Origin: a virus
DNA length: 64,000 bases
IMG/VR virus record: IMGVR_UViG_3300035034_003774
Strand: one strand, 5' to 3'
The translations under genes and the position numbers were made by a program. This document shows, in pieces, positions 17,900 through 26,998 of this stretch. A model generated the notes under the pieces. It was not told the DNA's origin, made no database searches, and saw nothing but the letters and a program-made list of their open reading frames with translations. How positions within the stretch are numbered: position 1 is the stretch's first letter; the number at the start of each line of letters is the position of its first letter.

Positions 17900-18781
17900 A
17901 TGAGGCAATTAAAAATTACAAAACAAATCACCAATCGTGAGACACAATCTTTTAGTAAATATCTAACGGAGGTAAACAGTATAGGTGATGTAATTTCTCC
18001 CGAAGAAGAGATAGAGCTAACCAGGAGAATAAAGGAAGGAGATGAGAAGGCTCTTGAGAAACTTGTTACAGCAAATTTAAGATTTGTTATTAGTGTTGCA
18101 AAACAATATGGAAATATGGCACCTCTTCCCGATCTTGTAAATGAAGGGAACTTAGGACTTATCAAAGCTGCTAACAGATTTGATGAGACCAGAGGGTTTA
18201 AGTTTATATCATATGCGGTGTGGTGGATTAGACAATCAATAATGCAATACTTATCAGATCATGGCAAAATGATCAGGCTCCCATCTAATAGAGTAAACAT
18301 GATTCAAAACGTCAGAAAGGCGGATAACTATTTAGAACAATTACTCCAGAGAAAGCCTACTTACTTAGAAATTTCAGAACTATTATCTGAGAAAGACACT
18401 AAGTACACAGAGAAAATGGTGAAGAGTTTAATGAAGAATGATCAAAAAGTTTCTTCAGTAGATGCTCCAATAACAACAAGTGATGAATCTGGAAGCATGC
18501 TAGACCTAATGGAAGGTGATGGAGGTCAGGATGCAGATAAAGTAACCAATAAAAGCGATCTTATGATAGAGGTTGAGAGAACGCTTGATTTATTACCAGC
18601 GAGACAAAAGGAGGTTCTGGTAATGTATTTTGGACTTCTTGGAACTCGTCAATGTAGCCTAGAAGAAATAGGAATTAAATACGATCTCACAAGAGAACGT
18701 GTTAGACAGATAAAAGAAAAAGCTTTAAGAAGAATTAAAGTAATCTCCAGAAATAGCAGCCTTAAAGAATTTATACAATAA
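17900..18781 (+). CDS. rpoD: RNA polymerase sigma factor, short Bacteroidota-type sigma-A (RpoD-like)
   Basis: MRQLKITKQITNRETQSFSKYL N-terminus typical of Bacteroidota sigma-A; regions 2 (YAVWWIRQSI), 3 and 4 (EEIGIKYDLTRERVRQIKEKALRRI). Confidence 0.85.
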   Translation: MRQLKITKQITNRETQSFSKYLTEVNSIGDVISPEEEIELTRRIKEGDEKALEKLVTANLRFVISVAKQYGNMAPLPDLVNEGNLGLIKAANRFDETRGFKFISYAVWWIRQSIMQYLSDHGKMIRLPSNRVNMIQNVRKADNYLEQLLQRKPTYLEISELLSEKDTKYTEKMVKSLMKNDQKVSSVDAPITTSDESGSMLDLMEGDGGQDADKVTNKSDLMIEVERTLDLLPARQKEVLVMYFGLLGTRQCSLEEIGIKYDLTRERVRQIKEKALRRIKVISRNSSLKEFIQ

Positions 18782-18794
18782 TAAAATTACCCAT

Positions 18795-19400
18795 ATGAAA
18801 AAGCCTATACCTTTAAGAGGGAAAATATTTATGTGGATACTGGGACTTTCGGTTTTAGGGACCCTAATCTGGTATTTATGGAATGGACAGGTATTATCAT
18901 GGATAGGAATATTGATATTTGTTATTATAACATTTATTTTTGATAAAAGAGCGCAAAATAAAAAAAGAGGTAAAAATCTAAAGCTTGCTCTTGATGTTCA
19001 TGGAGTTTGTGATGAAAATCCAGAATTCTTTTCTAAGATGACCCAACTATTCGTTGAAAACGGACATGAAGTTCACGTACTAACTGGAAGGCGAATGTCA
19101 GATGGAGCTCTTGAGGAGATAGATGATCTTAATATACACTATACACATTTTATGTCAATAGCTGACTATCATACCGAAAAGGGTACAAAAATGTGGGAAG
19201 ACGAAAATGGAAACCCATGGCTTGACGATGTGGACTGGGACCGAACAAAGGGAGATTACTGCAGAGACAATAATATTGACTTCTGCATTGATGATACTGA
19301 AAGGTATGTACAATATTTTGAAACACCTTTTGCTCACATAAAAATTCAGAAGAACGAAAAGGTTGCTAAAAAATCTGAACCTAAACGCAGAAAAAATTAA
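18795..19400 (+). CDS. membrane protein with cytoplasmic domain
   Basis: two N-terminal TM helices. Confidence 0.35.
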   Translation: MKKPIPLRGKIFMWILGLSVLGTLIWYLWNGQVLSWIGILIFVIITFIFDKRAQNKKRGKNLKLALDVHGVCDENPEFFSKMTQLFVENGHEVHVLTGRRMSDGALEEIDDLNIHYTHFMSIADYHTEKGTKMWEDENGNPWLDDVDWDRTKGDYCRDNNIDFCIDDTERYVQYFETPFAHIKIQKNEKVAKKSEPKRRKN

Positions 19401-19403
19401 GTC

Positions 19404-19577
19404 ATGATATTACTAAAAATACTAACAATATATTCTGTTTTATGCATTGTCTGGCTATTTATTTTAGTCTTCCTTCCAAATGGATGGATAATTAAAAAGT
19501 ACCCCAAAGAATGGGAGGAAGAGGAAAATAATGAACTTGATAGGAAGTTCAAAGAATACGATGAAAACCAGGAATAA
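19404..19577 (+). CDS. small membrane protein (57 aa, below ORF-track cutoff)
   Basis: ATG 19404, MILLKILTIYSVLCIVWLFILVFL hydrophobic helix, stop TAA inside loop of the following terminator. Confidence 0.3.
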   Translation: MILLKILTIYSVLCIVWLFILVFLPNGWIIKKYPKEWEEEENNELDRKFKEYDENQE

Positions 19578-19590
19578 TCCTGGTTTTTTT
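19568..19590 (+). terminator. rho-independent terminator
   Basis: CCAGGA-ATAA-TCCTGG followed by TTTTTTT. Confidence 0.6.
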
Positions 19591-19603
19591 ATTTAATTTA
19601 AGA

Positions 19604-20338
19604 GTGTTTTTTACTACCTTTTATAAAATTAAAGGAATGAAAAAAGAACACTTCAAAGAGCTGCTTACTGACTTGTATACTGCATACAATCCAGACTTTG
19701 TTAAATACGTACCTCAGCTTGTTGAAAAATATCATAGACTTGAATTCGATGCAATTCAAAATGCTCTCATAAAGTATAACCATGAATCTTACGCTCACTA
19801 TGACCCAGAAAAGGCTACAGATGAATACATTCACCAACTAATAAAAGATTATAGTGAAGAGAACCGATCTCTTAAGAATTTCACAGTTGAAATGGAGATT
19901 ATAAGACGGGAGAAAGATAAGGCAAATAAGTCTGAGGAAGAAAAAGCTCTTGAGGAAGCTGCTAGAAAGAAGACTGAAGAAGAGCTTACTGGAGTTAAGG
20001 CAAAGCTTTCTGAGACAGAGAAAAAAATACAAGATGCTCAAGAAAGGCTAAACGAAAGGCTTGCCAAAATAAACAGTCAGCTTGAGGATACAGAACCTGT
20101 AGTTCAGAACACATCTCTATATGATGGTGTAGAAATATCAATAAAATCAAATTATACAGATTCAGAACTTGATCTTCCTAACAAAGAAGTTCTTGCTGGA
20201 CTTGGTAAAGGGACCAGGCTTATTGTTAAAGATAATAACGGTAAGATGATCGGAGTGGTGATTGAGGAGATACTATATGATTGCATTTCTCATCCAGCGG
20301 GTATTCCTATTGTAGAAATTATAATCAGCAAGGGTTAA
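19604..20338 (+). CDS. coiled-coil protein
   Basis: central charged coiled-coil (EEKALEEAARKKTEEELTGVKAKLSETEKKIQDAQERL). Confidence 0.35.
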   Translation: MFFTTFYKIKGMKKEHFKELLTDLYTAYNPDFVKYVPQLVEKYHRLEFDAIQNALIKYNHESYAHYDPEKATDEYIHQLIKDYSEENRSLKNFTVEMEIIRREKDKANKSEEEKALEEAARKKTEEELTGVKAKLSETEKKIQDAQERLNERLAKINSQLEDTEPVVQNTSLYDGVEISIKSNYTDSELDLPNKEVLAGLGKGTRLIVKDNNGKMIGVVIEEILYDCISHPAGIPIVEIIISKG

Positions 20339-21036
20339 TGGCTAGTAAAAAATACATAGAAATAGAGGGGGTTAAATGCGAAATTAAAAACCCAGACAAA
20401 GAGGCTGTTACTTTGTATTACCAGGATAGTTTAAGGGAAGCTATATCAGATTATGAAAGATCAGTATCCAGATGGACTGAATCAAGAAGAGCTTATAGAG
20501 ACGGGCTAAAGATAAATGTGATCACAGCTCCATTTACTCTGGGATGGCTAAAAAAGCCAGAAGACCCAGACGAATACCTCGTTATCACAGGTCGTATAAC
20601 AATGGATGAGCTGAAAAAGAAAAGGGCGAAAGAATCTGCTAAAAACAAAAATAAAACCAGGAAAAAGTCAACCAGAAAAAAAACGGCCACTAAATCAAGC
20701 AACACAAAACCCTCAAAATCAGCATCTAATAAAAAAACGGCCACTAAATCGGCCATTTCCCCAAAAACGGCCAAAAGTTCCCCAAAGAAACCTGAAACAA
20801 AGGGCTCATCAACTACTTCTAAAAAGACTTCTAAGACTACTACAGCTAAGAAAACGGCAACGAAATCGGCAACCACAAAAGCTTCTAAATCAAAGGCTAC
20901 AAAGAAAACGGCAAAGAAATCGGCAACGAAAAAGAAGACTGCAGCAAAGGGCTCACAAAGGGCTCAGTCTAATTCCACAAAAAAGAAAAAAGCTGCCCCA
21001 AAAAAGGCAGCTTCTAAAAAAGGTTCTAAGAAATAA
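20338..21036 (+). CDS. histone H1-like lysine/alanine-rich DNA-binding protein
   Basis: C-terminal ~140 aa of KKTATKSA / TKKSATKKK repeats; internal ATG at 20338 preferred over the 20281 overlap start. Confidence 0.5.
   Translation: MASKKYIEIEGVKCEIKNPDKEAVTLYYQDSLREAISDYERSVSRWTESRRAYRDGLKINVITAPFTLGWLKKPEDPDEYLVITGRITMDELKKKRAKESAKNKNKTRKKSTRKKTATKSSNTKPSKSASNKKTATKSAISPKTAKSSPKKPETKGSSTTSKKTSKTTTAKKTATKSATTKASKSKATKKTAKKSATKKKTAAKGSQRAQSNSTKKKKAAPKKAASKKGSKK
20640..21030 (+). repeat. intragenic imperfect tandem repeats (AAAACGGCNACNAAATCGGC) encoding the K/T/A repeats
   Basis: recurring aaaacggccactaaatc / aaaacggcaacgaaatcggc units. Confidence 0.5.
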
Positions 21037-21237
21037 TTAACTTTCCTTCTTGGCAGCTCTCTCCATCATCTTTGCATTGAGAAGACTTACTGCAGAGCTA
21101 TCATTACCAGCTTCGCATGTCCAAGTAGGTTGTTTGTTTTTAAATGGCTCCAGAAGATTCTTATTCTCCTTAACATGACTTTCTTTTGTGAAAAGCATGT
21201 TACCATTCTCTCCTTCATATAATACGTATTTTGCCAT
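21037..21237 (-). CDS. hypothetical small protein
   Basis: 66-aa ORF at the convergence point of the plus and minus blocks. Confidence 0.3.
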   Translation of the reverse strand: MAKYVLYEGENGNMLFTKESHVKENKNLLEPFKNKQPTWTCEAGNDSSAVSLLNAKMMERAAKKES

Positions 21238-21267
21238 AACTATTTTTCTATAAATAGTTATGAAAAT

Positions 21268-22386
21268 TTACCTCAAAAATAACTTCTGAGTGTAGCCATG
21301 AATCTTGAGTAAATATATTCCAGGATTAAGCCCTGATACATCTATTTGATTGGATTCTCCACTATCAACCTTTTGCCCCATCATATTATAAAGCTCAAAA
21401 TATTGCTTATCTGAAAAGTAAAAGTGATCATTATCGCCCTCTTTTGTATAGACGTAAAATATCTGTGACTCATTTTCTATAGATATTATATCAAAATATT
21501 CATATTTTCCGTCATAATCAGTCTGCTTAAGTCTATAATAAGAAGTTGAAACAAGGGGCTCTTGATCTATGAATTCGTACTTAATTTCAACACTGCTATT
21601 GCCAGCTCCATCAATTTTTCCAATCTCTTGCCACTTCATTCCAAACTCACTCCTCTCAATAGTGAAGTAGTCATTGTTTCTTTCTGAAGCAGTACTCCAA
21701 TTTAACACATTTACCTCTCCATCGGCGTATCCATCAAAACTAATCAATTCAATTGGCAATGGTGAACAAGTTACCTCACCAATGACTAGATTATCAAAAA
21801 ATGTTTCATCATTCCCTGTTCCGTCCATTCCATCTCCTACAACCACGTCATCTCCAGTATTCCAAAATAAACCTACATTATCAGGGCCATCATTTGACCA
21901 AACAATACTATTATCAACCATCAACATCCCAATTCCGTCACATGGTGTATAAACGAATCTATAACGCCTGTAAGTATCATCATTTGGAATTGAGTAAACA
22001 TTTCCTGAATTGATAGTGTCATTATCCGTTATGTAAGTTACTCTTAATTGACTGAACCCAATAATTTTCAAACTCTCTCCTCTTTCAAAAAAATTACCAG
22101 AGTTTTCTTCTCTACGATAATCAAAAGAAACATCAATCCCACCTACATCGAATGTTGGACTTCCAGGTATAACCATATCTAAATCAGCTTTGGGTAGACC
22201 TGCATTCAATCCATTTGTTCCTCCAGTTCCTCCAGGGCTAGATGTAGCACTAGCAGAGATAGAAGTTGCATTAGGACCAACCGTAGCTACAGTCACAGGA
22301 TTACTATCAAAATCAAACTGACTAATAATTTGTGCGTAATTAAAGGTGGTCATCAATATAAATAATAAACTCAATAATATTTTCAT
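21268..22386 (-). CDS. secreted protein with type IX secretion (Por) C-terminal sorting domain
   Basis: signal peptide MKILLSLLFILMTTFNYAQ; C-terminal ~80 aa ...YRLKQTDYDGKYEYFDIISIE...LYNMMGQKVDS...LNPGIYLLKIHGYTQKLFLR typical of T9SS CTD. Confidence 0.55.
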   Translation of the reverse strand: MKILLSLLFILMTTFNYAQIISQFDFDSNPVTVATVGPNATSISASATSSPGGTGGTNGLNAGLPKADLDMVIPGSPTFDVGGIDVSFDYRREENSGNFFERGESLKIIGFSQLRVTYITDNDTINSGNVYSIPNDDTYRRYRFVYTPCDGIGMLMVDNSIVWSNDGPDNVGLFWNTGDDVVVGDGMDGTGNDETFFDNLVIGEVTCSPLPIELISFDGYADGEVNVLNWSTASERNNDYFTIERSEFGMKWQEIGKIDGAGNSSVEIKYEFIDQEPLVSTSYYRLKQTDYDGKYEYFDIISIENESQIFYVYTKEGDNDHFYFSDKQYFELYNMMGQKVDSGESNQIDVSGLNPGIYLLKIHGYTQKLFLR

Positions 22387-22452
22387 TGTTAATTGTTTTT
22401 AATTATAAATAGAATGTTAAAATCTAAATATAGTACAAATAAACCATAACTA

Positions 22453-22481
22453 ATTATACGTTATAAAACAAATTATGTTAC
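22453..22481 (-). promoter_or_regulatory. sigma70-like promoter GTAACA-N17-TATAAT
   Basis: minus strand TGTAACATAATTTGTTTTATAACGTATAAT; placed immediately after the terminator T-tract. Confidence 0.5.
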
Positions 22482-22506
22482 AAAAAAAGGTGAGCAATAG
22501 CCCACC
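22482..22506 (-). terminator. rho-independent terminator
   Basis: GGTGGGC-TATT-GCTCACC hairpin then TTTTTTT on minus strand. Confidence 0.5.
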
Positions 22507-22538
22507 CTCTCTTAATTCTTAACAATGTTATAAAATAT

Positions 22539-23933
22539 TTAGCAAACACTTTCTTCAGCAGACTCTTGATCTATTTCTCTGATCAAACCACCTTCTTTAT
22601 CGCTTAGGTCCCAATATCTTTCGATGTAATCAATAACTCTCTGCGGGTCTACATCTTTGTGAAATGCTATGTTAGGCCCATGGTTATCAAGATGAACAGA
22701 ATATATCCCATCCCACTCACTATTCTCAATTCCAGTTGCAGTATTTACACCGCACTCATTTGAACCGCACTCAAAGTTTTTCTGACTTCTTATAGTAAAA
22801 GGAGGTCTGGTCCCATCCATTTTCCTGGGACAATGAAAATGCACAATTGAATGGGCTTTATCACCAAGTTCATCGTAAATCATTTGCTGAGTATGCTCAC
22901 CAACTGAAGGCTTTCCTCCCATGGCAATTATCTCACCACCTTCTCTGAATATCTTTGCCATCCCATTTTCAAACACATCATTGTGATCTACTTTTCTAAT
23001 AGATGATATACGATCAAAGTCTTCTCCCTCAACCTTACATCCGAAGTGACCAGAAGTCTTTCCTCTAAATGGCTTATATGCACCATTATTAATTAAGTGC
23101 CTTAGCACTGGAGCAAAGTTATGTGGTATTTTCTTAAGAGAAGAAAGCTTCATTATCTCAGCAGGCTCACCCTCTGTTAATCCAGTTCTATTAAACGTAA
23201 GCTGAATTCTTGAGACGATCATCTCAGAAAATGTCTTTAAAGCTTCATCTCTTGTATTTTCTTTGTAAGGATATTCTTCTGGAGTGATCACCAAATTAAT
23301 CTTATCCTTGATGTCATTTGCGAAAACAAGATTTGAACTATTTTTCTTTAAAGACTCAAGACCTCTTCTATATGTCTCGTCATGACCAACTCCAGCCGTT
23401 GTCTTAAATGATGCAAGGAAAATATCCTTTCGATTCTTTCTAATTTTAGAAAGAATCTTATCATCAGCCTCCATATTTACTGTTATTTTATCCTTAGAGG
23501 ATAATCTTTCTTGATCTTTTCCAAAACTGGTAATACTTCTGTAACTAACGTCTAATTCATCTGTCCTAACAAGACTGGTTGGCTTGAAATCACATACGGC
23601 TGCAGCCATTACAATACATCTTGTGTCTGCCTGATAAATTAGGTAGTCTACAAGTTTTGATAGGTCTTCGTTGGTTTCTAATTTGGACAAACCAGCTTTA
23701 TGATAAATATCATGGTATTCATAATAGCAGGAGTAATCTCCAACACAACCTTCTGCCATTTTTGTAGGCAACACATGAACTTCGTAATCATCAATAGCTC
23801 CTGCGTCAACAATAGCTCCTGCAATGTACTCAGATAAAGTATCTCCCACCTTTCCATAAGCTGGTGCACAAACTGAAAAATGAGGTGCTATATGCACCAT
23901 TGTACCGCCTGTAATAATATAAATCTTCTTCAT
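22539..23933 (-). CDS. protein with N-terminal phosphopantothenate-cysteine ligase (CoaB/DFP)-like Rossmann domain and uncharacterised C-terminal domain
   Basis: IYIITGGT...APAYGKVG and ...CIVMAAAVCDFKP parallel the CoaB motifs ITAGPT..SSGKMG and ..IGCAAVADYRP. Confidence 0.4.
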   Translation of the reverse strand: MKKIYIITGGTMVHIAPHFSVCAPAYGKVGDTLSEYIAGAIVDAGAIDDYEVHVLPTKMAEGCVGDYSCYYEYHDIYHKAGLSKLETNEDLSKLVDYLIYQADTRCIVMAAAVCDFKPTSLVRTDELDVSYRSITSFGKDQERLSSKDKITVNMEADDKILSKIRKNRKDIFLASFKTTAGVGHDETYRRGLESLKKNSSNLVFANDIKDKINLVITPEEYPYKENTRDEALKTFSEMIVSRIQLTFNRTGLTEGEPAEIMKLSSLKKIPHNFAPVLRHLINNGAYKPFRGKTSGHFGCKVEGEDFDRISSIRKVDHNDVFENGMAKIFREGGEIIAMGGKPSVGEHTQQMIYDELGDKAHSIVHFHCPRKMDGTRPPFTIRSQKNFECGSNECGVNTATGIENSEWDGIYSVHLDNHGPNIAFHKDVDPQRVIDYIERYWDLSDKEGGLIREIDQESAEESVC

Positions 23934-23935
23934 AA

Positions 23936-24202
23936 TTAATGTTTATGTTCGTGATTGCATTTTCTATGATGTCTATAGTCTTTAATACCTATGACAAGTG
24001 TGATAAATCCTATTATAGCCCAGAATATAGCGAAAATAGGATTGTGCATTATTGAATCAATCCAACTAACTTCCTCAGTTCCGTGAGAATGATTGGTAGA
24101 ATATGTTACCAACAGCATTGACTGTATGAACTGCAGTACATGAAACATTCCATGAACCAGATTCAATGCACCAACTGAAATTATTATTAAAGACTTTTTC
24201 AT
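23936..24202 (-). CDS. small membrane protein with His-rich C-terminus
   Basis: two TM helices, HHRKCNHEHKH tail. Confidence 0.3.
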   Translation of the reverse strand: MKKSLIIISVGALNLVHGMFHVLQFIQSMLLVTYSTNHSHGTEEVSWIDSIMHNPIFAIFWAIIGFITLVIGIKDYRHHRKCNHEHKH

Positions 24203-24639
24203 TTATCAGCTTTGCTTTTTTCTATTTCACTTGGAATAACTCTATCCTCAAAAAATTGAAGCATTAGATCATATTGAAACTTCATCGTAACATTAACCTC
24301 CTTTAAGGAATCATTTTTATCCTTAAGTCTTTCGATCTCGTTTTTCATTCCAGCACGCTCTTCAACCTCCTGCTTTATAAACATCCCTGATGTCAAAAGA
24401 GTATCACCAACCTCATGCTTATAGTTCGTATAATAATATGTGGTTCCAGAATAACTTCTTATCTTAACCTCATACTTATACTTATCACTCGTGGAGCATT
24501 GGCCACAATCCTCCTCCTTGACGTCATCGTTAGCATTTACCTGCTCAACTACAAGTGTCTTCTCTATCATGGATACACTATCTTCGCAGGAAGATAAAAC
24601 CACGGCTAATGCACATAAAAATAAAAATTTAAACTTCAT
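24199..24639 (-). CDS. putative lipoprotein
   Basis: signal peptide with LSSC lipobox-like cysteine. Confidence 0.35.
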   Translation of the reverse strand: MKFKFLFLCALAVVLSSCEDSVSMIEKTLVVEQVNANDDVKEEDCGQCSTSDKYKYEVKIRSYSGTTYYYTNYKHEVGDTLLTSGMFIKQEVEERAGMKNEIERLKDKNDSLKEVNVTMKFQYDLMLQFFEDRVIPSEIEKSKADK

Positions 24640-25465
24640 CGTTTTCTGTATTTAATATAGGTTCAGCATCCTCAAAGATAACCTCTGCCTTGTTAGTAAT
24701 TTTGTTAAATATTGGGTATTCTACAACCTTAATCGAACTTCTCTCCTTAACAAGATCAGGATTAGTTCTAGCATGATGTTTTTCAGGAAGGCTATCAAGC
24801 TCTTCAGTTGTAAATGGCTCTGATGTCTTAATTCTTTTCACATAAACACCACGCTTATATTTAACTGGAAGGTCGTTCCAATTAACACCCTCCTCAAGCA
24901 TTAGCTTATCTTGCATCTGAGACCCATTCAACCCATGCAACTGACTGGTAGGGTTACCATGAGAAAAATAACTTTGAGCAAGCATTGAAATACTATTCTT
25001 TACAGCGTCATTCTCACGCCACAATAACTGAACAACTGCATCATGAAGAGTTGGTGTCTGATAGATTCTTGCATCAAATACAGCGTTCTTATTATGATCT
25101 GGAAGAAGCTCTCTCCTTCTGTCATTAAAGAAGTTTACCAACTTACCTGGTAGCTTAGATAAAATCTTCTGCTTCCTACCATCGTGATATATTGAACTCT
25201 TTCTGTCAGGTGAGTACAGAATTAGAGTGATCTCATCGCTCTGTGTGTATCCTACAACCGCATTAGTCTCCTCAACCAAGAATTGAGTGGTTTCAGTCAT
25301 TAATTGATTTAAACCCTCATCAAACGGCTTATCCAAGCCTCTAGTCCATTTACTGAAATTGTTTCCATCCAGTCTAATAATAACTGGTAAGGTGGGAATC
25401 ATTATTTCTGGAGAAAAGTTTTTTTCCAGCCACTTACACCAGTCACCCATTGTTTCGAAATCCAT
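24629..25465 (-). CDS. Thg1-like protein (tRNA-His guanylyltransferase family, 3'-5' nucleotide addition)
   Basis: VIIRLDGNNFSKWTRGL, GYTQSDEITLIL, conserved Thg1 core over ~250 aa. Confidence 0.6.
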   Translation of the reverse strand: MDFETMGDWCKWLEKNFSPEIMIPTLPVIIRLDGNNFSKWTRGLDKPFDEGLNQLMTETTQFLVEETNAVVGYTQSDEITLILYSPDRKSSIYHDGRKQKILSKLPGKLVNFFNDRRRELLPDHNKNAVFDARIYQTPTLHDAVVQLLWRENDAVKNSISMLAQSYFSHGNPTSQLHGLNGSQMQDKLMLEEGVNWNDLPVKYKRGVYVKRIKTSEPFTTEELDSLPEKHHARTNPDLVKERSSIKVVEYPIFNKITNKAEVIFEDAEPILNTENDEV

Positions 25466-25467
25466 AT

Positions 25468-25851
25468 TTATTTCTTTTTTAATATATTTACACTCTTCAT
25501 CACATTAAAAGGAGTATAAGAATGAGCGACAAAATTAATGAAATACTCTTTATCTTCTATTCTAATCGAACAGGATAAATTGGCATGATACATCTTTGAA
25601 TCTGATACATCATTACTACCTTCACTCATTTTTATAGTTAAATTATAGCCCTCTTCTGGTATTAGCAATCCTTCCTGTAGAGACGCATAATTATCAGTCT
25701 CAAATATAAAAGTTGATTGTGAAAACTGACTCCTCTTTACATCTGAAAAATTTTTTACAAAACTTTCATCTAATAAGTCGAGGAATGACTCTACTTTCTT
25801 AAACCCCTCCAAGGTCTTTGCAGATATTACGATATTTCTTTTTTCTGACAT
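25468..25851 (-). CDS. hypothetical protein
   Basis: 127-aa ORF. Confidence 0.3.
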   Translation of the reverse strand: MSEKRNIVISAKTLEGFKKVESFLDLLDESFVKNFSDVKRSQFSQSTFIFETDNYASLQEGLLIPEEGYNLTIKMSEGSNDVSDSKMYHANLSCSIRIEDKEYFINFVAHSYTPFNVMKSVNILKKK

Positions 25852-25875
25852 ATTTCTATTTATTCTTCAAGATCA

Positions 25876-26415
25876 TCAAATAAAAACCAGATCATCAAAT
25901 AAAAACCAGTGATCTTTATTTTTACTCAAATTATAAGGAACTTCTTCTTCTTTTTCCTCACTCCAATCAAACCATGGATTAGAGTTAACGCTTGTTTGGT
26001 TCCAGGCTACAGCATCAATATCTTCATCCTGGATGAATGACTCAATAATATCAGCTTGTTCAAGTATTGATGACTTTCCTTCATAAGTCTTGTCAAAACT
26101 TCTCATTGCCTTGATAATTTTGTCAAAATTCTCTCTTTTAACAACAACTCTATCAAAAGTAGTTGCCATAACAATCCTCTCATCAATAGGGACATCTTTG
26201 TTATTAGCAAGTTCCCAAATCTCTTTAACACCATTTGGGTCCATTAAAGAGGTTCTTGATAATTTCTGAGTCGGGTCCCATGGAGCACTTTTTAATGCTA
26301 AGTGTTTCTCCTCCATTAATCCCCAAACTGCCATAGCACTTCTAAATGCATTCTTAACATCTTTTGTGTGATTTGACTCTTGATTTTTAAAAGCAACTAT
26401 TTCTGTATAACTCAT
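25876..26415 (-). CDS. hypothetical protein
   Basis: 179-aa ORF. Confidence 0.3.
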   Translation of the reverse strand: MSYTEIVAFKNQESNHTKDVKNAFRSAMAVWGLMEEKHLALKSAPWDPTQKLSRTSLMDPNGVKEIWELANNKDVPIDERIVMATTFDRVVVKRENFDKIIKAMRSFDKTYEGKSSILEQADIIESFIQDEDIDAVAWNQTSVNSNPWFDWSEEKEEEVPYNLSKNKDHWFLFDDLVFI

Positions 26416-26879
26416 TGAGCGTATTTTATTAGTGTAATTAATTCTTCAAATTCTTCTACTTGTGGCACATCATATTTATCGCACACAACATCTATATTAC
26501 CTTTTCTCCAGAATCCATCTGGACAATACACAACAAGCTTACCACTCCTTGCATACATACCAAACTCAAGTAATGATATGGGAGATATTGTATCTGGGGC
26601 CAAATATAAGATAATTAAATCAGAAGCTTCAAGCCCATCAAGTTCCCACTCTACCTGCTCCTTAAACTTAACATTATCAATTGATTGTTCCCAAGATGAA
26701 TCCCAGTCTTCTCTTCTTGGGTTTATGATAATCTTCTTAGTATCTTTTACGGCATCTATTATTTTAGCTTGCCAATCCTCAGCCTTACCCATCTCAATTG
26801 AACCTGCAAGAAAAATCTTCTTATAGTGCTTTGGCTTATCAAATAGCTTTGCTGGAGGTGTTAATACTATCGCTTCCAT
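26412..26879 (-). CDS. nucleoside 2-deoxyribosyltransferase-like (NDT/DNPH1-Rcl fold) protein
   Basis: KIFLAGSIEMGKAEDWQ N-terminal motif and ...LLEFGMYARSGKLVVYCPDG catalytic Glu region. Confidence 0.5.
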   Translation of the reverse strand: MEAIVLTPPAKLFDKPKHYKKIFLAGSIEMGKAEDWQAKIIDAVKDTKKIIINPRREDWDSSWEQSIDNVKFKEQVEWELDGLEASDLIILYLAPDTISPISLLEFGMYARSGKLVVYCPDGFWRKGNIDVVCDKYDVPQVEEFEELITLIKYAQ

Positions 26880-26919
26880 GTTTATCTTTATATGGTTATA
26901 ATATTTTATTCATACTTCT

Positions 26920-26948
26920 ATTATACGCTACAAATATAATAATGTTAC
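26920..26948 (-). promoter_or_regulatory. sigma70-like promoter GTAACA-N17-TATAAT
   Basis: minus strand TGTAACATTATTATATTTGTAGCGTATAAT, immediately after the terminator T-tract. Confidence 0.5.
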
Positions 26949-26975
26949 AAAAAAAGGCGCCAAATATATGGCACC
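26949..26975 (-). terminator. rho-independent terminator after SPFH gene
   Basis: GGTGCC-ATATATTT-GGCGCC then TTTTTTT on minus strand. Confidence 0.55.
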
Positions 26976-26998
26976 TTTTCACTACTGAACAGAGTAAG

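Noticed and set aside
18795-19400. HAD phosphatase assignment for the 201-aa membrane protein (LDVHGVCD)
   Set aside because: The motif is DVHGV, not DxDG[TV], and the first Asp is not positioned as in HAD motif I.
20493-20876. 127-aa minus-strand ORF
   Set aside because: It is antisense to the histone-like repeat region. Its open frame is a by-product of the low-complexity repeats on the other strand.
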